A stretch of 64,000 nucleotides of DNA from Amphiscolops sp. MND2022 (Eukaryota), in the NCBI GenBank assembly GCA_964187785.1, contig OZ076409.1, forward strand, positions 63,242,001 through 63,306,000, read 5' to 3'. A model generated the notes under the pieces. The model was not told the DNA's origin. It did no database searches and saw nothing but the letters and a program-made list of their open reading frames with translations. The position numbers were made by a program, and so were the translations under genes. Below, piece by piece: positions 31,661-45,829 of the stretch (positions within the stretch are counted from its first letter, which is position 1; every line of letters starts with the position of its first letter).

Positions 31661-34600
31661 TTTTGATAATTCCTCTGATTCAAAGTCCCAGTCGTTTATT
31701 TGGAAAGAAAGGGGCACCACAGAGATTGAGATATCCTGGATAAAAAATTTGAGTTGATATATTATAATCTTGATGACTCTTTCGGTCTTATCAACAAAAA
31801 AGAGCCTTCGCGCCAAATTTGAATAAGGAATTCCCCCTCACTGTTAAGGAAAGGAAAACAAAGAAGAGTCCGTCACTTCGACTGTTTTTCAATCGATTAA
31901 ATTCTATAATCATACAGCACGGAGTTAATCCCAGGTTTTTAATATAATTTGAACAAATAGCTAAAACGGATATCAGTTAATCTGATCAGAATAAAGTTAA
32001 CTGGTCAAAAATATATATTTTTCAAAATTCCATATGACCTATTCTGTCAAAACAATTAACGGCGGACTAATTCATTTTTTTGCCGTTTCTCCTGTTTCCT
32101 GTATTCTAAAAGAAAACAAAACGACAAATTCATAAAACAAACTGTCTTCCTCATTCCAAGAATGCTCGCAGAATTTTCACGCCTCAGGTTATTTTCAATG
32201 CCAAATTTTCAATGTCAAAAACCTTGTTTCACCAATTGCGTTATGGTCGTTTCTTATTTTTCTCATTTTCCATCAAAAATCACTTCCTGTATCAATTGCG
32301 CTCCTGTTTAAGTTTGCATTGAGCATTTATAAGTAACAATTTCTAGATAAACATACATACCTTGTATTTTTTCGCGTTTCCTGAAGGAGATAGCAATTGA
32401 CCACTCTTAACGTTTTACATCTTCTCACCACATTTTCAATTGAAATTGTTTACTCGGCCATTTTTTCAGTGCAAGAAAAAACAGTGGCTGTTCAAATAAG
32501 CGGAGGAAAAACAAATATAGTAATACAGAAAACGTTTCATTGTCTGAAATTTTATCAGTTTCTGCTCATTTTTGTAGAACTGTTGTCTATTTTGAGATAC
32601 CTTATTTTCGTATTTTCACTTAAATAGTGCAATTGCAATATATTTGGTGTCAATGTTGATCGACATAGCGTTCTTTTCTCTGTTTTTTTTGGGGCGTTGC
32701 GAGTTTGTTTCTTTTGAAAGAAAATTCCGTCGTTTAGATAATACCAGGTTCTTTCTTGCAAAAATAATACAAATGACGCCCCAAACTCTTGCATTTTTAT
32801 CTGTTTTTCTAAGAAAAAAAGAGAAAACTAATGAAATTTACTACAGAGGATTTATTTCTAATCGGGCTGCAAAAATAGATAATGGGGATCTTTATCGAGA
32901 AATGAAAACAAATGATTAGGAAAATCATTCTGCCAATCAAGAATTTTATTTACTTTTCTTTTAATAAAAATATCTGAAATGTGATTTGATTTATTTTTTC
33001 ATGAATTCCAAACGAGAAGAAAATACAGCTTTTTGAGTAGGCTCTCAGGCGGGATCAGCGAGAAATCCTTGGCTGTACGACCTTGAATATTCTCTGGAAG
33101 TTTTACAGAACGGATTCAAATTATTTGGTATCTCAATGACGATTCACAAAAAAATTGTCAAATATAACCTTTGCAGTCGGACCTTTTTAGATTTACAAAT
33201 TTCTTGTCAGAGTTTCTACATTCAGTAATACATCGACGCCTCAGCAACGTGAAAAGTAGAATTTTGCATTTGAAGTTACTAATGGCGACTTGGTTGCAAG
33301 ATGGGGGGAGGGCACAAGCGTCAAAATGGAGAAAAAAGAATATAAATGCAGAAAAACACTTAGAAATATATCCTCTTTTCACTTTTCCACTTTGCCATTA
33401 ATCATCCTGCTTTTTGCGCCGATTTTGCTGTTGCAGATACAAGGTGTTTTTTGTACCGCCACCAAAATTGTCAGTACTTTCAATCTAGAGCCTCATTAAT
33501 GCTTACGACTAGAACGTGCCCACTTGCTGCGCGACAATCCAACTGACGTCATTGAGTTGTTACATCATCACTATCTAGTTGTTACGTCATCCCGCCAACA
33601 ATTGTTAACAGCTTACAAATTGTGGTTCACTTTTATTATTTTTTGTCCCATTACTTAACATGACAAAGCATGTCTTACACTGGCGGGGATAATTTTTTGA
33701 CCAATCTGAAGGTTAGTGAAAAAAGAGCAGTAACATGTATAATTCCAAGCAATTGAAAATAGTGAAATTGTTTCAGGATCTAATCGTTATTTCAAAAGCA
33801 CTTCAGCTTTACAAAATGTTCAGAAAGCTATGATTTTTTTCGTAAAACTGCATAATGTAATGTATCAAATTGTTTTCTAATGAACTATGGTATATTTATT
33901 ATACATATATACATAATTATAACGATAACGTATATATGATATTGGCAAATGAAGTGATTTGTATATGTTTCTACAGTTTTTCAGAAGCTCAAAATTCACC
34001 AATTTTTGATTCTATGGACCTTGGTATTGTGGTTAGAACTCGCCATTCTTGGGGCTTGGCCAAGTCCTTCATCACTTGCGTACTGATCATAAGGAAAAAC
34101 GCCGAATTTGGCAGAGAAATGTAAATTTAACAAAATGACAGTGAGCAGACCTTCGTGACCTTGAGCAGGTCTCTTTGAAACTACAGCATTGAGCTCTGAC
34201 CACTGCCTCACCGCTTGGCTGCCAATATGGTACTACAGCGTTCTGTGACGAGATAGTATCTAAAGAAGCACCGACTTGGAAAAGTAGAATCACCTATTCG
34301 GCGTCTATCAAGTGGAATTAGCGAAATTTCTTTATCTTTTATTATGACAAAATAGATTTTTTTCTCATTTCTTGGCCTTTCCGACGTTTTTGAGAACTCA
34401 CTCAAACAACTTAAACGTCGAAAGATTAAAGTTTGAGCGGTGGAAACATTCAAATTTTTTGAATTTTTTAGAAGTTAGAATTTTTAGTTTTTGAGAACAA
34501 TTTCACAGCCACAAATGCATTTTTCCAAGGAAGACGTTATAAGTGAAAAATTACTTGACAGCAATTTGCCACATTATTCCATTATCCTCATGTATTTTTG

Positions 34601-34792
34601 TATAAAAATCTTGATCGCAAAAAATTTTGAAATCCCCTTCTGTAGCACATTTTTTGCACCTGAGACGTCATCAAAATCACCGTCACGTCATTGCAAATCA
34701 GGAAGTGAACTAAAGACTAGCGTCATCTTCAGCGTGATAAACGGGGTGACTACGTCAGATGAGTAGTTGAGAAGCCAAAGCGTGCAAACAAC

Positions 34793-34804
34793 ATGATCGT
34801 GTCG
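34793..34804 (+). CDS. Candidate first coding exon (MIVS) of the 7TM receptor gene
   Basis: caacATGATCGTGTCG|GTAACT, phase 0, matching the acceptor at 38374; in-frame TGA upstream at 34760; CGTCA-rich sequence at 34660-34760. Confidence 0.3.
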
Positions 34805-35201
34805 GTAACTAAGTAGGAAATATTTTCACAATAATTGCCATAGTGGAAACTCCAGTTTAATGTTTCAATATTTGCAACCCGATGCTCCTTAAAATTTCTC
34901 TGAGTTATGAAAAATTACACTGTAACATGTAAAATGTTCCAGTAGTCTCAATTATGTATCAAATACCAATAATCACGATCTCAAAGTTTAGGTTTCTATA
35001 GCAATACCTTTCTAGAGCTATTTGTATAGTTGTATGGTTTGCGGACGAATTGTCGACAAAAAAAACATTTCTGAGTGAAAAATGCAAACTGACAGATAAG
35101 ACCTTTTTAAAACTCACAAAGTTTGAAATAGCCAATTTAATACATAGAAAGTGATTTTTGCAAACTTTCAAGCAACAAAGCTACAATTTCTAATTCATGT
35201 A

Positions 35202-35391
35202 CACTCGGACCTCGATATAACGAACCATCGATACAACGTAACTTACAACCAACATCGTTATAACGCTATTTGATTTATAAACCAGTCAAAACCAAGCCCA
35301 CAAAAAACGTAACAAAAGTATTCGAAACAACGTAAACTCTTTTTAACGTAAATCTTCGCACCAAGAAGTGCGGTAAACCGAGGTCCGACTC
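35202..35391. mobile_element. pogo/Tigger-like MITE
   Basis: TA|CACTCGGACCTCG ... CGAGGTCCGACTC|TA. Confidence 0.7.
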
Positions 35392-35618
35392 TAGTTAATT
35401 TTCGATCAATCAATATTGATTTCGAGGTCGATAGCAACGCTGGTTCAAAGAGCAATTAAAAAATTTATTAGAAATTGAATCACGCAACATAAATGCCACG
35501 TTGTATATTTTGAAAAAAAAATGTCTTCGAAAATCAATGGTTAACAAAAAAACATAAATGTCACGTTTTATATTTTACAGTACAATAAACTCTAAAATAC
35601 AAAGCTTCTAAAAAACTA

Positions 35619-36382
35619 CCCACTGTTCGAAGCCATGGAACACTTGCCATGATCATTGTTTACCTTGCTTAATCATGGTTAACCATGGTACCCTTGTCAA
35701 GATCATGGCAAATCATGATACATGGAACGCTTGTCAAGATCATGGCAAGATCATGGCACGATAACCATGGTAAGACATGTGAGTTGCTTTTTATTGTATA
35801 ATTTAGTCTTTTCGCACAAGTTTTTTGTTGTCTCCAATTTCCACATGAGCTGTTGTGATAACTTTGGACATAACCTTTATTTATCGAAAAAAATTTTTAA
35901 CTGAAAAGTATACAATACTTCTCAATAATTTGCTGCACCTATTGACCGAGTTTTGTTACTTGAGAGCACGGCATCGTTACTACTATCATAGATTATCATA
36001 CAAAGCAAACTCCGAATCAAGTTATTGCAACTTGCGGGTTTGCGATACCGGTGTGAAAACCATCTTTTCTAGCTATGATTTGTTAACCTTGCTAAAACCT
36101 CACCTATTAAGGTAACGTGTTGAAATTACTGAAATTTGAGAATGCAATAGAAACTAGTGCAACAAAAATGAATAGAATTAGAAAATAAGAGTTACCAAAA
36201 AACGGAACTTGCTACCATGGAACCCTTGTCAAGAACATGGTTAATCTTGGCATCCTTGCCAAGATCATGGTTAGCCTTTGCACGATCTTGCATGGCCATG
36301 GTATCCTTGCCAAGATCTTGGCAAGGCTAGCAAGGAACTTGCCATGGATCTTGGCAAGGATGCCATGGCTTCGAACACTGGG
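35619..36382. mobile_element. MITE with CCC...GGG termini and CTTGCCAAGATCATGG subterminal repeats
   Basis: TIRs CCCACTGTTCGAAGCCATGG / CCATGGCTTCGAACACTGGG; flanks TA / CA. Confidence 0.8.
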
Positions 36383-38373
36383 CATATATAGCACAGACGT
36401 AAGCACGGTGTCTGTGAAACAATGTTGCTATGTAATGCGTGATATTTCTGTGAAAGTCAATCTCAAGGGAAGATGATCCACTAAAACCGCAACTTTTCAT
36501 GACGTTTGAAAAAAAACTTGACAAGAATGTTTCATCGTGGTTGCAATCAACAAGTGATCTTGATCTTGTATCATTGTCATCCTTGATTTTGAGTGATTTT
36601 TACAAAATTTTAAATATAGTTTCACAAAGTTATTTTACCAAGACGGAAGCTGCAGTCACCTCAGAGAAGTTTTTTAATTTTCAAAAAGAAAATAAAAACA
36701 ATGAATGAACTTTCAAAATTTTTGACTCTAACTGTGGCAACTCCAGCAAACGCTTTCTCTCTTTTGGTATAATTGTTGCAACTGTTGTTATTCTTACCAT
36801 TTATCTCATGTTCTCCTTTTTCTATCATTTTAGTTAACCAGTTTTAGTTAGTTGTCTCACGTTTTTGACCCGAGTTGAGCAACACAAAATGTCTGCATAG
36901 TTAAGCACTGAGCGACCTTTATAAATCAACACTACACAGACAAGTATTAAATATCAAAAATCGTTATAATGGGATGCATTGTTTCCAGAAGAATTTCATT
37001 TTCCTTCAAAATTTAAAGCGAGGAATCTTGTATGTTTCATTGAAGGTTCCATGCAGTGAAGGAATTCCAGTTGAAAATATTTGCGAACAAATTTAGAGGA
37101 AGTGTTTTTTTCAGAAATTTTTCTGATGTTTTAATATTTTTGACAGGTGTCAAAACAATCTTGTTTCTGCTTTCAATTTATCAGTGGAACAAAAATTACG
37201 ACTGAAAGGAGTATTGCGATCTATTACCTTGTAATGTTTTCTCAACTGTCAATATATTTTTAGTTGATCGTTAATGCTGCCGGTAAACCTTCGTTCGAAA
37301 ATGTGGACGTCCTCCATAATTGCAAATTTTGTTGAAACAGGAAAACAGTGAATTCATTCTAATCCCGGTGAATACATTTTATTTAAACCTAAATGTTCAA
37401 TTTCTTGGTTCTATCACACCATGGTTTGGGTGAACATTAATAACATAACCCTAAGTTTCGCTTTCATCGCAAACGACAGCTTTAACTAGTATTTGTTAAT
37501 ATCTTCAAAGCATGTAAAGTCATCTTGGCTTTGAAGTATGATACTTGGTGCAATTTGAATAAAAACCGAAGCTCTGTCTTCAAAATATCAGCGAACAAAT
37601 CTTGAAATTATCAGTAGACAAATTTTGAAACTGGAGCTTTCTGGTTTGTCTAATGCCCCGCTGCTCGTAATCTTATCCTAGTTTTGAAATTTGCGGCAGT
37701 ACCACAACCTAAATGAGTCTCTTCACTCCAAAGATGTTTTTTCTTCTGATGTTTTACCCCAATTCAAAACCCTGAGAGCTATTCTGAAAAGCCAATACTT
37801 AATATTTTTTAAAATAGACCATAAACTGGCTAATAGAAAAACTAATGGAAAAAAAGTTTTAGAAACGCGTTTTTCGTGACCAATACAAAAAACTATGGAA
37901 TCTTCAAAACCTGAAGAAGACTTCATGTCTCCAAAAATTCTCGAAAACTAAAATTTGCACTTTTTGGACTAGAGAATGCAAACAATAACGTACGAAATGC
38001 GCAGAATTTTTCAAAACTAAACCTAATCAAAAGCGACCACTATCATCAAAATGACTAATTAACGATTCCGTAATGTTGAATGAAAATATTTCATTTGTAG
38101 AGGGTAAAAGTTGAAGATTAAGTCAAACTCTTCTTCAAAATACTTGATGCAATTTCGACTTAATTGCATTAAAGATTCTACAGTTAAACTGTTCACCTAT
38201 TTTACTGTTTTCCTGTTTCAACTCGTTTTCGTTGTCTTTTCAATCGGCTGTCGATCATTTTGATCACTTCTTCTGTTGTTCTAAAAGCCAGTCGCCGTTT
38301 TAGTTCACGCTGCTCTTTTCTCTTTTAGGTCATGCTATCATTACGTAACAAATGACGTCATATGGGTTTTTAG

Positions 38374-41300
38374 GTCAACACGGGCAGGATGAATGGAGTG
38401 GCACCGCCCTCTGTGTTACCCTTCGTGGGGTGCGGCATCGCCTGTATAGCTTACTCCCTACTGGCTGTTACATACGCGGTCGTCAGGTTGGTTTTTACAC
38501 TTTCATAAACTCTGAGAATAAAAAAATTTGCCAACAAAAATTTACAATTCAATGATGAAAAAAACTGAACAATACAGCAAATGCATTGGTCGCTGAGGTC
38601 GTGATAATTGGTTTGGGCATTGAGTATATCAAGTTTTCGCAAGTATTTCAATTGAACTCTTCGGTTATTTGAAAAATTTAAAGTTGTTTTTAAGTATACC
38701 TCAACTTCAAGGTTCTCAAAATAACGAGATATTGCATATGGCAAACGAAATAATAACTTACTACAAAAACACTGAAGTCTTGGATGCTCCATAATTGCAT
38801 CGTATATTGCTATTTTTGAACTCGGATTGAAATTTTTTCTCAATTCGCAGATAGTTTTTTGTGATAATTTGAACATTTCTTGGAACTGAGTAAATAAATT
38901 CCCCTCGTTACAACGCCTACCGCTATTTTTTGTTAATTTTCAGGTCAGAGTACTCCTTTCAAGCAGCGCTGACAGGAAATAGTGTAGTTGGTAGGAGATA
39001 TTTTTTACTTGATTTACTTAGTGTCAAAAAATTCAAAAGACCATTTTTCAAAATAGCGAACAGAAATCCTATCTCACTTTGAACTTCTGTTCAGACTTAC
39101 TGAATTTTCATGCGCTAATCTGGTAATCTTAATTTAAAATCTTAGCCAGTCTGTAATGTTTGTCAGCAACGTGGCTTGTATTATCTGGCACTTTCGCTGG
39201 ATTGCTGAAAGGCCATCATAATCGCAGCCAGTTTATAACTTTTGGTGGTAATGATTAAAAGAAGAAACCAACGGGTTTTAATCAGAGAGACCAGACGGGA
39301 CAACATGATGCATTCGGTTCTTCAAATATTGAAAAAAATTCGAAGAAAAGCCCGATGTTGCAAAATTTGGTGTTAACTATGGAGACATGCCGCTATAAAT
39401 GAAAATTATGAACAAAACCGTGATGAATAGCTGCCCTTTTGCCAGAACAACGACGAAGCTGTACAGTTTTCAAACATGAAATAGAGTCGCCACGCAACAG
39501 TGACGTCACGTAACACTGACGTCATGAAATAATGACGTCATGCGTCATGAAATAATGACGTCATGAAATAATGACGTCATGCAATAGTGAAGTAGTGATG
39601 TGTGTTTTTAGGAGTGCGAGACGACGAGTGGGGCCAGGAGTGATAGTTCACCTGAGTGTGTCGCTGTTACTGCTCAACATATCCATGATGTTCGCCAGTG
39701 TCAAGGACAGGATAGCCAGTGTAGAGGTATGTGGACTGGTATCTGTGGCCATGCACTACCTGATATGCACCTCATTCATGTGGTACACAGTGGAGGCCCT
39801 CTTCCGATACGCAACCCCCTCTCTCGAGGCAACTCCTGCTGTCTTCTACAAGTGCGGCATCACCGCCTGGGGTTAATATTTTATCATTACAGATTCAATA
39901 GATGCTGATCAATCGATTCATTGTCAGTTGTAAATTGTAAGTTTTGGGCACTTTTTAAGAATTTTATAAATTTTGGTTTCGATACATGGCTAGCGGTGGC
40001 TCAGACAGGGTCAGGAATGGAATGAAATTGAGCCCGAGTTTCCCGACCAGGTTAATCATACTCTGATCATATTTGGCACAATACAAATCATGCAATTGGT
40101 TTTCTATGATCTTACCATGATCAATCTGGAATCCAGAAAAGCTTGTGAAGAACCCAGAAAGAATTTAAAATTAATTATCCACTTGTGTGAAGAATCCAGA
40201 AAAGTTTTCAAAAATTCACAAAAGTGTTCAAGAAATGACAAAATGCCGGCTTTTTTTTACTGTACGAGTCGGGCTTTTTTTTACTTCAAGAAGCGCTAAC
40301 TAAACTCATCTTCAAACGTCCCGTTCCAAAAGCGTATCGCTTGGCTTTCATCGTGCATCTTCAAAATTCATTTAAAATTATGCGGGTTCTTACATTCGAG
40401 CTGATTTTTAGATCAGCAAATAGCTGGTAACCATTTACTATCGATAAATGGAACAAAAACCAAAACAATTGTTCCCTTTTTTCTTGAAAACACTCATCTA
40501 CAAAGCGCTGACGCTCTTACACAGATTTTTCCAGCAAATCTCCATTTTTTGACGGTGATCAAAAATTGTCCAACTTTTTTGAGATCTCCATTTCATTCTA
40601 TACCTTTCCACGGAACCCTCAAAACGACCTTTCCGGGAAAATGTCCCAGATACTTTTTCCACAATAATTACATTTTTGTGCGATGAATGAATGTAGGTCC
40701 TGAATTGTTATCGGTTGATACCCAAAAATTGTTCTAAATTCTATTGTTTGAAGTTCCATTCAATCTGTTTTTGTTTGCAGGACTGCCCCTTGTGATCTGT
40801 GGATTATCAGTTCTAATGAAGATGGATCTACATACTGTCTCAGATACTTAGTTAGAAAATATTCACTCTTTAAATAACTCTTTTCGCTATTTTTGTACTT
40901 TCATCGTATCGGAAAATAAAAGGATGTCAAACGCTGCTGACCGCGTGCCTGATTTTCGGAGGATCAATTTCTGTTGCATTGTAATAGCTTAGTAATGTTG
41001 GACAACGCAAAGTTGGTAGAAAGACAATGTTCGGACATGGTCATGTGTTACGCCATACAAAAATGAAAGTTTGAAATTTCATGAGATTTGATAAAAAAAA
41101 AGATCGTATAAACAAAAGTACAGTCATCATTTAATGCCGAAATTTGGATTAAAAATTTCAAGCTTCAAAGAAACTCCGATGCACTTTTTCTATGAAATTT
41201 TCTATTTTTAGGCAACTTACGACATTCTCGTAAAATTCCCTTTTTTGTTAACATTTTAGTCTCACGGTTGCATACTAATAAAGTTATTTTTCATTAAATG

Positions 41301-43680
41301 TTCTTGATGTGGGGTTGGCTTTTTTATTCATTGACCTATGACCTGGTATAACTTGACCTTCATTCTTCACTCTTTCTGACCTTTATTCTCTGTTGACCTT
41401 TTGACCTTTTCAGCTGTCGAGTGACCCCCGAGCTGGAGTTCACGTTCTATGCTTTACTGCTGGTGCCCAGTGCAGTTCTGATGGTGGCTGCCACAGTTCT
41501 GTACCTGCTGCACATCTTCAGGTGTGGCTCCTCCCCCTCCTCAAACTCCGCCTCTTCCGGCCTCATGTCCTCCTCTGTCCCCTCGGCCCCTCGACCCTAC
41601 CACCCACCCTCCACAGTCACAGTGGCCAGCAACGGAGCCAACTCTTCTCTGCTACACCCCGGGTAGGATAACTACCCTTGTTGAAACTTCTTGAACTTTT
41701 TGCATGTACTTTAATGTTGCCAGCAACTTTTATTATGATTTTCTAAAACTCTTACGGAAACTTTAATGAGAAAATATTTACCTGTTGTATTCGACTTTTA
41801 TCAAGCTGCCACCATCATTATAATCCAGCTCTAACAGTAATACCTCTGGAAAAGAATCCATACTTCATTCAACAAACGTTTTTAATTAAAAAAACTCGAG
41901 CATTTTCGAAAACTCTCAGACGCATTTTCGCGCAACATGAAAAAATGGTTTCTACAATGGTTGACACTTCAATAACACTTCCAACTTCAGTGCAAAAAAA
42001 TAAAACTTATTTTATTGTTCAAAATGCAAAAAAAGTTATTTGCCAAAATTTTGCAAAATACTAAATGTAATTGTTGTTTCAATTCGATTTCAGACAAAGT
42101 TTCATTGAAATAATAATCAAAACTTTAGGGTCTTTTGTTATTGGGACTTCGTTTCTATCGTATTTTCGAAGAAATAAAGTCGTTAGTTTTCGCCATGAAT
42201 GTTACTTGTTTTGTGTGTATGTTGGTATACATTGTATATGTTCTTTGGAACCGGGTTCGTTTGTTTTTCAACAGGCAAAGCAGCCAAAAAACAGCGACCT
42301 CACAGACAGTGTTTGTGTTGGGCACCCTTCTGATCTTCGTGTTCAACTGGGTGTTAAACCAGGTGCTGTTTCCCGCCACCGACATCCACATTTTCGATTT
42401 TGTCTTCTGCTTCTGCAACGTCATCCAGAGCACCCTCCTTTTCTCCACCCTGTGTCTGCTGAGCGATGACGCCCGCTTCGCCTGGAACTACTTCTGGTCG
42501 CCCTCGCACCAGCCAGCCATGCATTCCAGGCATGCATGCACATACAAAAGACATGCAAAAACTCATGTCAACATGTGAAGAAGCTACATGTGAAGAAGAA
42601 GATAAAACTAAGTCAAAATAGCTACAATTTCAAAAATTTGCTAGCTTTTGTGGATGCTCAGGAAAACAACTTTTCTCTTAAGCGAAAACAATCAAAAAAT
42701 AAGTTTTTAGAACGATAACTAATAAGTTTTTGTAATGAAAACCTATTTTAGAGTTTTCTGAGAGCTTTGAAAAGTCTCCAGAGACCTAAATAGTTCAAAA
42801 ATATCAAAATTTTAAAATTAATTCTTCTATTTGTTCATTACAGTCCATTTTGTACCCGAGAAAAATTAATTCTGTGGACAATTCTAAAGACAACTTTAAA
42901 TGCTGAGAGGTTTGCCTTACAAACATGTTGATCGCTTAACTTGAAAACTTACTAAATTGACATAGCTTGATCTTAAAACTAGACTTTTTCAAGAGTGAAA
43001 CGTTCCCCAACGCAAAGTTGAACAATTCAGCACTCTTTTCTCGTAGAGCTCCACACGTGCAGCAAAAAATCGAATCTGGGGTCTCTTTGTCCAGTTGGTG
43101 CATGAGTCATTGATATCTAAAAAATTTTTGATAAAGAATTAATTGTGCATTCCTGGTTATTTTCAACAGCAGCAATAAGAACAACACGCTTTCGTCAGTG
43201 TCCAAATACAAATACGACGAGCCGAACTCGCTTCTCGGTGACGAAACCGACAAGATGCCAATCAACTTCGGATCGCCCTGTCACAGTCCCTCAGTCTCCC
43301 CCCACACCCCTTCCCCCTACCGGGAGGAAAAATATTCGAACGGGGCTATTACCAAGAACCCAACGTATACCAACCATGACCTAAACAACGGACACAATAA
43401 GTACAACAATAACTCCTCGCTAAGTGACGTCAGAAACAATACCCTCACAAATGGAGGTGTCATTTTTGGAGACACGAAGGAAATTAAACACGCAATTGCA
43501 TGTCTTAACACCCAAGGATCATTCGGCAGTAGCATATCCTCGGGGTTGAACCGAGACACCAACTCGGAGCGACTTCAACGGGGAGACCCTTATGCTGCTA
43601 GCTACCCCCAAGCGGCCACCATTTTCAGAGAAGAACCCTCTCCTGCGTTTTCTAACCCTGACAGGGAATCTTACGTTTGA
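38374..43680 (+). CDS. Adhesion/secretin-class (family B) 7TM receptor; exons 38374-38486, 39612-39871, 40781-40850, 41414-41662, 42275-42529 (donor uncertain), 43170-43680
   Basis: Exon phases all agree (1458 nt to TGA). TM1 FVGCGIAC, TM2 IVHLSVSLLL, TM3 CGLVSVAMHYLICTSFMWYTVEA, TM4 AWGLPLVI, ECL2 YC, TM5 LLVPS, TM6 FVFNW, TM7 FCFCNVIQSTLLF; C-terminus ESYV is a class I PDZ-binding motif. Confidence 0.88.
39501..39579. repeat. 16-bp-period minisatellite with five perfect TGACGTCA (CRE) palindromes, intronic
   Basis: TGACGTCA at 39501, 39517, 39533, 39556 and 39572. Confidence 0.85.
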
Positions 43681-44720
43681 GTGATTCAAGATTGAGGAAT
43701 CTTAAGCAAGTTATTGCCCCCACAAATGTTGTTATTCAATTTCTTCAGAATCTTTCTCTTGTTTCGTAACCTTTCGGTGCTATGTCAATTGCGCAATCGT
43801 CTCTGCATCAAATTGTTCATTCTGAAACTATTTAATTCAGACTTTTCATAATATATTTTTTTCTCTTGCTCTATTTGATAATTTTGTAAGCATCGGAAAA
43901 ACCTCATCAAAAACTGGGAACCGCCGTCTGATTTGAATGAAAGTGAAAGAAAAAAAACATTGAAAACGAGATTAGACAACCGGCAGAGAAGTTTGCCAAA
44001 TATTAATATATTTTTAGAATGTGACTACAAAAAAAAATCAAAAGCAAAAACAATATGAACTTGAGACAGCGTCTCGCCTTGGGTTTGACTTTAAATCTCA
44101 CGAAAAGGCGAACAGAGCACCCTGGCAGTTGACAAGAAAACTCCAAAAAGAATTGCGTAATATTCAATGAAATCTCTAGACAATTTATGCATTTCGCGAA
44201 TATTGTGCACAGAAGTATCTAAAATACAGCATCAATTTAGAAGAAATAGTGGGATTCGTTTCCGAATAATGTGTATTCAGCTTCATAACAACTTTTGTGA
44301 TGAGAAGTTCAAATCGTCCCAATCACTTCTCAACTGGAATAGGGAAAGTTCAAGTGTAGCAAACACTTTTTGACGTTCTCCTCTCTCCCGAACACTGAAC
44401 TGAAATGAAATTAGTTCGGAAACTGAAGCTAGCAACATGAGAAGACCCTGTTTTCTAGAATACATATCAAGAGCTGAGTTGAATCAGAATAATTGAGTCG
44501 AGTAATCAAGAGCTCATCGATGTATTTTCCACACTCGTAATCTTCAAACGTTTCAGATTAGGTTGTCTTGCCTCAATTGGATTAGGTCCTTCAATTGCCT
44601 GTGCCAGCCCTCCTTGAGTTTTTCCTAATTTTGGCTCTCGCAAATCAATCATGAACGTAGAAATCAATAACAGGAGGAACTAGATTGAGAACGGGACTTT
44701 ATTCTTTTTCTAAAGATTAA

Positions 44721-45229
44721 CCCTAAACGAACGATGGTACGATTTTGTATCAATTATTTTTTGCAAACTCCTGAAGGCACCAGCTGACCGCATAGTGAAG
44801 GAAACTATGATTAAGATTTTCAGACGGTATTACATATCACTGTGCGCCTTTTCACGAATTATTGACTTGATCTCCCTGAAATCAAGAGAACAGGACCAAA
44901 CAATCCGACCAAAGGAAACAGAGTGCAGATTTTCGAATTTTCCTTTTTCCGTTTTTGGCCACTTTATTCCACTGGTATCAAGGTATTGGCAATTGGGCTT
45001 ATTGAAGCAGCCCTAGCATGTTTTGAAGCAAGCTTAAATGCAATCCGAGACAGGAGGCGTTCAAGGTTTTGGCGCAACGTCCGGACCCATCAGTCCAAAA
45101 ATCAATTTGAAAGCCCTGATCGACTTCTTTCGAACGATCTATAAATAGTTTGCAGTATTGCGATGTTGCGGTTTGAACTTAAGCACTATATTTTTGGATG
45201 GCTCCGAAAAGTTCCTCATCCATTGGGGG
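44721..45229 (-). mobile_element. piggyBac-type MITE, diverged inverted copy of 7963-8464
   Basis: TTAA on both sides; CCCTAAA...GGG ends; shared internal blocks (TTGCGCCAAAAC, TTCAAAACATGCTA, TTTGGTCCTGTT). Confidence 0.8.
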
Positions 45230-45829
45230 TTAAACAACTTAGATTATCAACTGACAAAGACAAGAAGAGACAACCGCCTAGAACCAATAAAAAAGAAGTT
45301 TTCCGATGACATTTTCCATCAACATAATTCAAGCTGCTAATTTTTACTCCAATGAAAAAGTTACTCCAGCGCAGAGACTGAGAGTGGCGCAACGTCTCTG
45401 TTGACTTTTCATGCAAGCTAAGTATTAAGTATTACGCTACTATGTAATCTTGTTCAGTTTCTTTGTCACAGCAGCAATTTTTTAGAGTTAGACAATTCAA
45501 TAAGGAATTTCTAAGAAACCTAAGACGGAGATTACGACGTGATTCAAAAAACCCACCTTGAAAATGAATAAAGTTCCCCAATATTAAAGCATTGTCTCGA
45601 CTTTCTTTTGTTTTTTCCTTCCTAGTAACTTAGTAGAAAACAGAAACAGTTTATGAAAAAGAACGAGAAAGAAGGAGCCTTAAAAAAAAGATATTACAAT
45701 AACGAACAAGGAAGTCGCGATAATAATGAGACCCGAATTTTGATACCATAATATCATTCAAAGGAGCCAGAACTGTCACAGAAAACCGAATATTCATTCC
45801 AAAAAACTGCAGAACATCAACGAAACTGG

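Noticed and set aside
33977..34290. GC-richer segment as a GPCR GPS exon or tRNA-derived SINE
   Set aside because: No GPS motif in any frame I read; the A/B-box resemblance on the minus strand is too weak to call.
38451..38876. 141-aa minus-strand ORF, and similar AT-rich ORFs such as 54562-54984
   Set aside because: Intronic or antisense, AT-rich, no recognisable domain.
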